IMG/VR virus record: IMGVR_UViG_3300032038_000266
Span: 1-38,564 of that record
From: a virus
Length of the DNA stretch: 38,564 bases
Reading direction: 5' to 3' (one strand)
The notes beneath the pieces are model-generated. The model ran no database searches and was not told the origin of the DNA. It worked only from the letters and a program-made list of their open reading frames with translations. A program made the translations under genes and the position numbers. Positions 32,317-38,564 of this stretch are shown here, piece by piece; positions within the stretch are counted from its first letter, which is position 1; every line of letters begins with the position of its first letter.

Positions 32317-32336
32317 CTCAAAACAAACAGCGTGGA

Positions 32337-33623
32337 GTGGCAAACATCAGTTTCTCTGAGTTCGCGGCTTCAGTGTATGTCGCATATCTTGTGTGTCTGA
32401 AGAACAAAGCCGGCACGATGAACGCTCTGAAGTTTCGCGTGAACGAGAGCGAGAATCTGCTGGAGCTGGCGCGTGATGTCTACAACTGCGAGTATGTGCC
32501 GAAGCCGTCTATCGCGTTCATCATCACTCGTCCGTGCCTGAGAGAAGTCATCGCGGCGGACTTCTCCGATAGAATAATGCAGCATTGGGTAGTGATGCGC
32601 ATAGGGCCGCTCTTTGACCGCTGCAAGACAATTCCGGAGAATATGTACTCTTGTCGCATCGGCAAGAGGAATCTCGCCGCTCTCGTGCATCTGCGCGATG
32701 CAATCTTCCGGAAATCTCGCGGCTATCGCAGCGAGTGCTGGATAGGCAAGTTCGACTTGTCTTCGTTCTTTATGAGCATAGACAAGCGGCGGCTCTATGA
32801 CGATCTTGTGGATCTCGTCCAGCGCGAATATCACGAGCCGGACAAGGACTGGCTTCTCTATGTCATCCGTATCATCACTTTCATAGTCCCTACGGAACAC
32901 GCGATGCGGAAGTCTCCTATCTATGCGTGGAATCCGCTTCCGGCGCAGAAGAGCAGCTACAATCTTGACTGGTTTTTAGGACTGGCTATCGGCAATCTAT
33001 GGAGTCAGACTGACGCGAACTTCTACAACGCTCCAGTCATTGCTTGGATTCTCCAGCACTCGTCCGCAGATGTCGTGAACTATGTGGATGACACGACTCT
33101 CGTGGCGGACAACAAGTCCGACATCCTGAATCTGATGCCGTGGATCCGGAAGGAGTTCCAGGAGCAGCGCGGACTCCAACTGCACAAGAAGAAGTTCTCG
33201 CTCCAGTCGTTCGACAAAGGCGTGAAGTTTCTCGGCGGCGTAGTCAAGTTCAATCGTCTCTACATCAACAATCGCACTGTTGCGAAACTGATGAACAAAG
33301 TCCACTACTACAACACACAGTACGCGGAGACTCATCGCCGCCGCGCTCGCAATGTGGAGAAGTTCGTCACTATCATAAACTCTTACTTCGGTCTGATGCG
33401 CCACTTCGCGACTTACAACATCCGGAAGCGCATCTCTGAAGACATTCTCTCTCGCTGGCGCGGCTATCTCTACTTTGAGCCGAATCTTCAGAAGGCGGTC
33501 ATCATAAGCAAGTATCGCCGCGACAAGCAAGCCGCGTTCCGCGCTCGCCGCCAGCATCGCAAAGACATCTATCAACTAAATCATATCTACTATGCAAACA
33601 CAGCTTTCAATCAATGCGCTTGA
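32337..33623 (+). CDS. DGR reverse transcriptase
   Basis: IGNLWSQ (DGR-type motif 4) and NYVDDTTLV (YxDD). The N-terminal ...AYLVCLKNK...ENLLELARDVYNCEYVPKP aligns with DGR RT N-termini, so the start must precede the first ATG (32418). GTG 32337 is proposed. The ORF track extends to 32031 only because TR lacks stops. Confidence 0.88.
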   Translation: MANISFSEFAASVYVAYLVCLKNKAGTMNALKFRVNESENLLELARDVYNCEYVPKPSIAFIITRPCLREVIAADFSDRIMQHWVVMRIGPLFDRCKTIPENMYSCRIGKRNLAALVHLRDAIFRKSRGYRSECWIGKFDLSSFFMSIDKRRLYDDLVDLVQREYHEPDKDWLLYVIRIITFIVPTEHAMRKSPIYAWNPLPAQKSSYNLDWFLGLAIGNLWSQTDANFYNAPVIAWILQHSSADVVNYVDDTTLVADNKSDILNLMPWIRKEFQEQRGLQLHKKKFSLQSFDKGVKFLGGVVKFNRLYINNRTVAKLMNKVHYYNTQYAETHRRRARNVEKFVTIINSYFGLMRHFATYNIRKRISEDILSRWRGYLYFEPNLQKAVIISKYRRDKQAAFRARRQHRKDIYQLNHIYYANTAFNQCA

Positions 33624-33858
33624 GAAGCGTCAGAACGAGCTTCTCGCGGAAATGTCCAAGTCCGATGCTCACGCACTGAAGTGCAGCAAGCTCGGAAAGT
33701 CCTTTGCGGAAGAATATCCGGAAGACTTCGCCGGATATGAAGCCGCACGAGCGGAGTATAACGATAACGAAGGAAGGCTCGCAGAGCTGCGTGCTGCTCT
33801 TGAGGAAGAGCGCGCCGCCGAAGATGCCGCCGTCCGTCCTGAGGGAGAAGGAGAATAG
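33592..33858 (+). CDS. Hypothetical acidic helical protein (88 aa)
   Basis: CTATG start context. Overlaps the RT 3' end by 32 nt. Confidence 0.55.
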   Translation: MQTQLSINALEKRQNELLAEMSKSDAHALKCSKLGKSFAEEYPEDFAGYEAARAEYNDNEGRLAELRAALEEERAAEDAAVRPEGEGE

Positions 33859-33861
33859 CGT

Positions 33862-34137
33862 ATGTGGCAGAAGATTCTCGCTTTCCTCAAGTCCGTGTGG
33901 AAATGGATCCGCACTGACGGCTTGCTGCATATCTCCATTGCGGCACTTATTGTCTGCGCTTTCGGCTGGATCCGTCCAGTATGGATTCCGGCTCTCATCT
34001 CGCTCATCTCTTGCATCGCGAAAGAGATATACGACTATCTGCATCCGGACAAGCATACGGCAGAATGGCACGATGTCATCTGCGACTTGATAGGCATCGC
34101 CGGCGGCGTTATTATCGTACTTCTGAATCACATTTGA
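33862..34137 (+). CDS. Small membrane protein (about 3 TM; holin-like or lysis accessory)
   Basis: LLHISIAALIVCAFGW, VWIPALISLISCIA and LIGIAGGVIIVLL hydrophobic segments. First gene of the lysis cluster. Confidence 0.5.
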   Translation: MWQKILAFLKSVWKWIRTDGLLHISIAALIVCAFGWIRPVWIPALISLISCIAKEIYDYLHPDKHTAEWHDVICDLIGIAGGVIIVLLNHI

Positions 34138-34139
34138 CT

Positions 34140-34619
34140 ATGAACATCGCCGAAACAACGAACACTGCGGCTGCAACAGTAGCCGAAGGAAGCGTCTCCG
34201 TTCTCGCGCTGGCGTTCTTACACGAAACTCTCACTATTATGACTCCGTTCCTGATTGTCGCTTTCGTTCTCATCATCGCAGATCTGATATTCGGAATTGA
34301 AGCGGCTCGCAAGAGGGGCGAAGTCGTGAGATTCTCGCGCGCACTCCGCCGGACTGTGAACAAGGCTGTGGAGTATGCGTGCTGGGTTATTCTCGCTGCG
34401 TCTCTTGCCGTAGCATTTGACTACAAGCCGCTGAACTGGATTCTGCTGGCTGTGGTTATCGGCAACGAGATGATATCAATCATAACAAACTGGCTCTTCT
34501 TGCACGGAAAGAAAGTGACCGGACTGCAAGAGTTCTTCTTGTCTCTTCTCGGCAAGAAGCTGGACGCAGACACTTCCGGCATCCACATCGAAGACGCTGA
34601 AAAAACTGAAGGCAAATGA
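34140..34619 (+). CDS. Phage holin-family membrane protein
   Basis: TM segments TPFLIVAFVLIIADLIFGI, ACWVILAASLAVAF and LLAVVIGNEMISIITNW (E-x-x-S-I-x-x-N holin-4-like signature). ATG 34140 in CTATG context. Overlaps the amidase start. Confidence 0.6.
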   Translation: MNIAETTNTAAATVAEGSVSVLALAFLHETLTIMTPFLIVAFVLIIADLIFGIEAARKRGEVVRFSRALRRTVNKAVEYACWVILAASLAVAFDYKPLNWILLAVVIGNEMISIITNWLFLHGKKVTGLQEFFLSLLGKKLDADTSGIHIEDAEKTEGK

Positions 34620-35239
34620 AAATCTTGATTGACAACGGACACGGCGTGAACACTGCCGGAAAGGGCAGTCCTTACGCGCTGAACAAAGTAAAGCCGGCAC
34701 TCGATCTCCGCGAATGGAAATGGGCGCGCGAGATTGCCGCGAAAATCTATCTCGTGCTGAAGGAACTCGGCTATGATGCCGAGCTGCTCGTCACGGAAGA
34801 CCGCGATGTCTCGCTCCTGGAGAGATGTCATCGCGTGAACGCGAAGTGCAACGAACTCGGAACGAAGAATGTGATGCTCATCTCCGTACACGGCAACGCT
34901 GCCGGAAACGGACGGCAGTGGATGTCCGGACGCGGCTGGTGCTGCTACACTTCTCCAGGCAAGACTTCCAGCGATGCTCTCGCAGAGAAGCTCTACGATG
35001 CAGCGGAGCGCAACTTCAAAGGAATGAAGATCCGCACGGAGAAAGCTCCGGACGGAGACCGCGACTACGAAGCGCGCTTCTCTATGCTCGTGAACACTCT
35101 CTGCACGGCAGTGCTGACGGAGAACTTCTTCTACGACAATGTCGAAGACTGCAAGTGGATGCTTTCCGAAGAGGGCAAGAAGGCGATTGTCAAGACTCAC
35201 ATCGAAGGCATCGTGCATTACATCAACTCGCTGGGATAG
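34616..35239 (+). CDS. N-acetylmuramoyl-L-alanine amidase (endolysin, Amidase_3-like)
   Basis: ILIDNGHG, MLISVHGNA and AVLTENFF match zinc-ligand/catalytic blocks of MurNAc-LAA amidases. Confidence 0.85.
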   Translation: MKILIDNGHGVNTAGKGSPYALNKVKPALDLREWKWAREIAAKIYLVLKELGYDAELLVTEDRDVSLLERCHRVNAKCNELGTKNVMLISVHGNAAGNGRQWMSGRGWCCYTSPGKTSSDALAEKLYDAAERNFKGMKIRTEKAPDGDRDYEARFSMLVNTLCTAVLTENFFYDNVEDCKWMLSEEGKKAIVKTHIEGIVHYINSLG

Positions 35240-35373
35240 CGAGTCTCAAGTCCGAGAAATTCGAGCAGGGAATTTTCATTAGATAATTGGTTATTAGTTT
35301 TAGTGTTATGCGGCTCTGCCAAGCGGACGGATTCACGGACTTGCCGTCCGCCGGCGGAGACTATTGATGCAGT

Positions 35374-35877
35374 ATGGAAGACAAGAAGATTGACATCTAT
35401 CCGCTCATCACGGCTCTCTGCGTGCTGTGCCTGATATTCGGCTTCGGACTCGGAAACCGGATCGCGAAGCGGAACTATATCACGATAGAAAAGCGCGACA
35501 CTGTCACGATAGTGCAGACGATCCACGACACAACGAAACTCGTCCAGTGGCGTGACCGCGTCCGCACGGACACTCTCTTCTTTCCGGTCACTGACACGCT
35601 GCATCACACGGACACTCTTGCCGTGCCAGTCCAGATCGAGCAGAAGACATATCAGACGGAGAACTATCGCGCAGTCGTGGAAGGCTGGCATCCGGAGCTT
35701 GTCTCCATAGACATCTATCAGAAGGAGAAGATCATCACGATAGAGAAGCAGATTGCTCCGAAGAAGTGGACATTCGGCGCGACAATCGGCGTGACTGGCG
35801 GCGCGTTCTACACTCCGAAAGGATTCCAGCCAGGCATCGGAGTCGGAGCGAGCATCGGCGCGACATATCATTTTTGA
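35374..35877 (+). CDS. N-terminally membrane-anchored protein (possible spanin-like lysis accessory)
   Basis: TM IYPLITALCVLCLIFGFGLG and a Gly-rich C-terminus. The call is based on position after the endolysin. Confidence 0.4.
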   Translation: MEDKKIDIYPLITALCVLCLIFGFGLGNRIAKRNYITIEKRDTVTIVQTIHDTTKLVQWRDRVRTDTLFFPVTDTLHHTDTLAVPVQIEQKTYQTENYRAVVEGWHPELVSIDIYQKEKIITIEKQIAPKKWTFGATIGVTGGAFYTPKGFQPGIGVGASIGATYHF

Positions 35878-35880
35878 CGC

Positions 35881-35908
35881 ATCATTTTCGTAGTCTCACG
35901 AAAATGAT
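35881..35908 (+). terminator. A/T-rich perfect hairpin after the lysis cluster, abutting a -7-like box TATATTTG (35909-35916)
   Basis: atcattttcgt-agtctc-acgaaaatgat (11-bp stem). No clean T-run, so terminator function is uncertain. Confidence 0.35.
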
Positions 35909-36112
35909 TATATTTGCATATCAACTCGGACACTCTTGTGGGAGCTGAAGAAAACAGCGGCTGCTGATCTGATTGCAAGCGGAGATGCAGAAGTGACGGA
36001 ACGGATGCTCAATGGCGATAGACGAAAGTCGCGGAAAGTCAGTCGTGCGCACGGCTGGCTTTCTTGTTAAAAATGCTTATCTTTGTAGCCGGAAACGGCG
36101 GCTCGGAGAGCT

Positions 36113-36127
36113 GCGTATGTCATAAGC
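36113..36127. promoter_or_regulatory. Fifth copy of the 15-bp dyad motif (GCGTATgtcATAAGC)
   Basis: Read directly in the non-coding region upstream of int. A TATCTTTG -7-like box lies at 36078-36085. Confidence 0.4.
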
Positions 36128-36139
36128 AATTCCAGCAAT

Positions 36140-36379
36140 TTTGTTGCTGGTTTGTTGCTCAAAATTTGAAAAGATAGATGCAAAGCACTGATATTTCGCG
36201 ACATACGCGAGTTTTACTAAGAACTGCCACGGAAAGGGGATAGTGTAAAGCCGGAACAACAAGAAACAAATGCAGACAAGCTGGAAGCACGATTCGGTTT
36301 GTCTGCTTTTGTTTGGATATGCGACATTTTTGTTGCATCTTTGTTGCGCTGCTTCCAAAAAAGCAACAAGCGCAACAAA
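36140..36379. repeat. Six copies of TTTGTTGC in phased pairs upstream of int (candidate arm-type/regulatory sites within attP)
   Basis: Direct copies at 36140, 36151, 36329 and 36340 (11-bp spacing within pairs). Inverted copies GCAACAAG at 36363 and GCAACAAA at 36372. An 11-bp inverted repeat tttgttgcgct (36340-36350) / agcgcaacaaa (36369-36379). Confidence 0.5.
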
Positions 36380-36404
36380 CTCCGAACAAAAAGCGTCCGA
36401 CATT

Positions 36405-37553
36405 ATGGCTACATCAAAAGAGCCGATCCGTCTCCGGCGGCGGCTTACTCCTTCAGGCAAGGAGTCTCTCTATCTTGACATCTACATTGACGGGAAGCGG
36501 AGCTACGAATATCTGAAGCTCTATCTCATTCCGGAACACTCACGCGAAGACAAGGAAAAGAATCGGCAGACGCTCCAGCTGGCGGAAGCCGTCCGCAGCA
36601 AGAGAGTCGTGGACTTGCAGAATAAACGCTTCGGCTTTATGAAAGGCTTCGCTACTGACACGAATCTCTTCGACTACACGGAGATGCTCATCGAACGCAG
36701 ATATTCGCTGGAATCTCTCGGCAATTGGGGAAACTGGCGTTCATATCTCGTGCATCTGAAAATCTACTGTCCGAACACTTCAACAACTCTCGGCGATGTC
36801 ACTCCGGAGTTCGTCCAGGGATTCAAGGACTATCTTGAGTTTAAGGCGGAGTGTCAGACGAACACGAAGGCGAAGCCAGGCGAGCGGCGCAAGCTCTCGC
36901 AGAACGCAAAGTGCGGCTACTTCAACAAGATGCGCTGCACAATGAACACGGCGTTCAAGGAAGGACTCATTCCGAAGAATCCTATCAACGGCATTTCGGC
37001 AATCAAAGAAGGAGATCCGGAGCGTGTCTATCTCACTATCGAAGAAGTGCGGAAACTCGCCGCAACGGAGTGCAAATATCCGGCACTCAAGCGAGCGTAT
37101 CTCTTCTCGTGCCTGACTGGACTCCGGCTCTCCGACATCAAGAAGCTGCGCTGGAGCGAGATTCGCGAAGAGGGCGGCTTCACTCGCATCGTCTTTCGGC
37201 AGAAGAAGACCAAAGAGCAAGAGTATCTTGACATCTCTCCGGAAGCGTCTCGTCTACTCGGCGAGCGCAAGGATCCGGAGACGCTCGTCTTCTCGGACTT
37301 TCTCTATGATGTGTATATGCGGCACGAGCTGCGCGCGTGGTGCTTGCGCGCCGGCATTCCGAAGTCTCCCACTTTCCACTCTGGACGGCACACTTTCGCC
37401 GTGATGATGCTCGATCTGGACGCGGACATCTATACCGTGCAGAAACTGCTCGGACACGCGGAAATCAAAACGACTGAGATATATGCGAAGATTCTTGACC
37501 GGAAGAAGCAAGCGGCGGTGCTGAAGATTCCGGACATCGGACTCTCGAAGTAA
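36405..37553 (+). CDS. int: Tyrosine-type site-specific integrase
   Basis: LTGLRLSDIKKLRW (Arg), HSGRHTFAV (H-x-x-R) and LLGHAEIKTTEIYA (His...Tyr). The N-terminal SLYLDIYIDGKRSYEYLKLYL is arm-binding-like. ORF track 36270 extends through the repeat region; ATG 36405 is preferred. Confidence 0.9.
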   Translation: MATSKEPIRLRRRLTPSGKESLYLDIYIDGKRSYEYLKLYLIPEHSREDKEKNRQTLQLAEAVRSKRVVDLQNKRFGFMKGFATDTNLFDYTEMLIERRYSLESLGNWGNWRSYLVHLKIYCPNTSTTLGDVTPEFVQGFKDYLEFKAECQTNTKAKPGERRKLSQNAKCGYFNKMRCTMNTAFKEGLIPKNPINGISAIKEGDPERVYLTIEEVRKLAATECKYPALKRAYLFSCLTGLRLSDIKKLRWSEIREEGGFTRIVFRQKKTKEQEYLDISPEASRLLGERKDPETLVFSDFLYDVYMRHELRAWCLRAGIPKSPTFHSGRHTFAVMMLDLDADIYTVQKLLGHAEIKTTEIYAKILDRKKQAAVLKIPDIGLSK

Positions 37554-37808
37554 CTACTTGCCGAAGATGTTTCCTCTTCCAGTGAGAAGCCAGTTCGCGT
37601 TCACTCCGTAGTCTTCCACGAGATAGCGCAGCCAGGCGCACTGGAAGATGTTGCGCTCAGGCGATTTGCGGAGCTGGTAGAGATTCCGCCGATTGATTCC
37701 GTGCTGCTCCGTGAAGTTCGTCACTCCGTGGATCCGGCGGATGTCTTTCAGTGTGTCCAGTGCAAGGAAGAAGCGGCGCACTATCGCTTCGGAGTCCGGA
37801 GTCTGCAT
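37554..37808 (-). CDS. HTH DNA-binding protein (84 aa)
   Basis: C-terminal NANWLLTGRGNIF, typical of XRE-like HTH proteins. Last gene of the leftward operon; its stop abuts the int stop. Confidence 0.6.
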   Translation of the reverse strand: MQTPDSEAIVRRFFLALDTLKDIRRIHGVTNFTEQHGINRRNLYQLRKSPERNIFQCAWLRYLVEDYGVNANWLLTGRGNIFGK

Positions 37809-38251
37809 AGTTCTTCAGATTTATCGTTTGCGGCAGCGAATTTCGCGTCTATCTCGGCAAGATGAGCAGATAGTCGTTTTTCCAGCGAGCCGCGCTCTGC
37901 GGCTAAAAGAGACGGCAAAGCGCGTGTTTTGACGCACTCTTCAAAGTCGGAGAGTTCCGCCGCAGTCATTATCGGCAAATACTTCTCATATTCGAGCAGT
38001 TCGCGGATGTAGAGCAGCGTCTCGTCCTGGAGCCGGAAGCGAGTGTCCAGCATATCGCCGTCTCCGGTCAGAAGCCAGCGCGCATTCAGTTCCGGCACGG
38101 CTCGGACAATCGCAAGGACTGGAGTCAGTCCAAAGTTCTCTCCGCAGAGCAGCTTCGTCAGGTATTGCGGAGTCCAGCCGCAGAGCGAAGCGAACTCTCG
38201 CTTGCGTCCGCCAGTCTTGTAGTCTATGATCTGAGCAAGACGCGTCTTCAT
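37781..38251 (-). CDS. HTH regulator with C-terminal helical domain (candidate CI-like repressor)
   Basis: MKTRLAQIIDYKTGGRKREFASLCGWTPQYLTKLL...ARWLLTGDGDML, plus an about 90-aa C-terminal domain. Confidence 0.6.
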   Translation of the reverse strand: MKTRLAQIIDYKTGGRKREFASLCGWTPQYLTKLLCGENFGLTPVLAIVRAVPELNARWLLTGDGDMLDTRFRLQDETLLYIRELLEYEKYLPIMTAAELSDFEECVKTRALPSLLAAERGSLEKRLSAHLAEIDAKFAAANDKSEELCRLRTPKR

Positions 38252-38529
38252 CTCTCTACGGTCTCAAGCGTCATACGGATCGTCTCTTCCAGATCTTTGC
38301 CGTGCAGCATCCGGAACATCTCGAATGTGGATGCAGTGTCTATCGGCATCATTCCGGCGGCTTCCAGTTCCGCGTTCGCGCGTATGATGCGCTCTCGCGC
38401 GCTTTCAATTATTGTCTGCTCATACTGGAGCTGCGCTTCCTCTGCGGCTTTCTCCGCCGCGCTCTTCTTTTGCTTACATCCGACAATCGCGATGCACGCG
38501 ATGACGAGAATTGTCAATGCTCTTTTCAT
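38248..38529 (-). CDS. Small lipoprotein (93 aa) in the lysogeny operon
   Basis: MKRALTILVIACIAIVGC gives a signal peptide with an I-V-G-C lipobox. The start lies 4 nt after the stop of HTH gene 97..444 across the circular junction. ATGA overlap with the next gene. Confidence 0.7.
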   Translation of the reverse strand: MKRALTILVIACIAIVGCKQKKSAAEKAAEEAQLQYEQTIIESARERIIRANAELEAAGMMPIDTASTFEMFRMLHGKDLEETIRMTLETVER

Positions 38530-38564
38530 AGTGCTATGCTTTTGAGAGTGATTCAATGATCGAG
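38438..38564. repeat. Terminal overlap identical to 1..127
   Basis: Exact 127-nt identity with the start of the window. Confidence 0.95.

Larger units (their letters stand above)
1..38564. mobile_element. Complete temperate tailed-phage genome on a circularly closed contig (unit 38,437 bp)
   Basis: Terminase, portal, ClpP-type protease, capsid, tape measure, lysis cassette, tyrosine integrase and repressor-like HTH genes are all present. The first 127 nt are identical to the last 127 nt. Confidence 0.9.

Noticed and set aside
32031-32336. N-terminal extension of the RT ORF running through the avd 3' end and the template repeat
   Set aside because: The frame stays open only because the AAC-rich TR has no stop codons. 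The extension overlaps avd and would translate TR itself. The RT homology begins right after TR, so a GTG start at 32337 is more plausible.
35323-35351. Hairpin gcggacgg-N13-ccgtccgc between the amidase and the next gene, which partly resembles the DGR hairpin flank (ggattcacgg)
   Set aside because: No VR-like sequence lies upstream and no T-run follows it. The resemblance to the DGR hairpin flanks is only a few bases, so it is probably a coincidental or minor structure.
36077-36460. Minus-strand ORFs 36077-36460 and 36159-36389, and the N-terminal extension of int (36270-36404)
   Set aside because: They lie in the repeat-dense non-coding region. Their translations are dominated by the TTGTTGC repeats (Cys/Phe/Leu/Gln runs). 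The integrase homology begins at ATG 36405.

Overview
This window is a complete, circularly closed genome of a temperate tailed phage. The unit length is 38,437 bp, because nt 1-127 are identical to nt 38438-38564. Expression signals look Bacteroidota-like: TAnnTTTG -7 boxes, essentially no Shine-Dalgarno sequences, and a recurrent CTATG / GCAATG start context. Nearly all genes are on the + strand. In order they are: small early genes plus an excisionase-like HTH (620-2944); a RecT + YqaJ recombination pair (3116-5532); a replication module with a DUF4373-type replisome organiser carrying embedded dyad iterons and a DnaC-like loader (6024-7512); a fragmented multi-TRD cytosine-C5 methyltransferase locus carrying three G8-G9 tracts (8841-10449); a DnaA-domain-IV-like HTH, a protein with an SSB-type tail and a DUF559/Vsr-like nuclease (10848-12115); ParB-like/TerS/TerL (12455-14880); tail-associated genes and tape measure (14905-23672); ClpP-type prohead protease-scaffold, capsid and portal (24017-29055); a fibre-like protein; a diversity-generating retroelement (30311-33623); a holin/amidase lysis cassette (33862-35877); a 0.5-kb repeat-rich non-coding region; and a tyrosine integrase (36405-37553). 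A four-gene leftward operon (three HTH regulators plus a lipoprotein) spans the contig junction. The outstanding feature is the DGR, which has one template repeat and two variable repeats. The canonical VR lies at the 3' end of a 446-aa putative receptor-binding protein. The second, remote VR lies at the 3' end of a 155-aa ORF wedged between recT and the exonuclease gene in the early region. Both VRs differ from TR only at TR adenines. Each is followed 24-25 nt downstream by a hairpin with identical flanks and compensatory stem changes. All functional calls rest on motif recognition by eye; no database search was possible.
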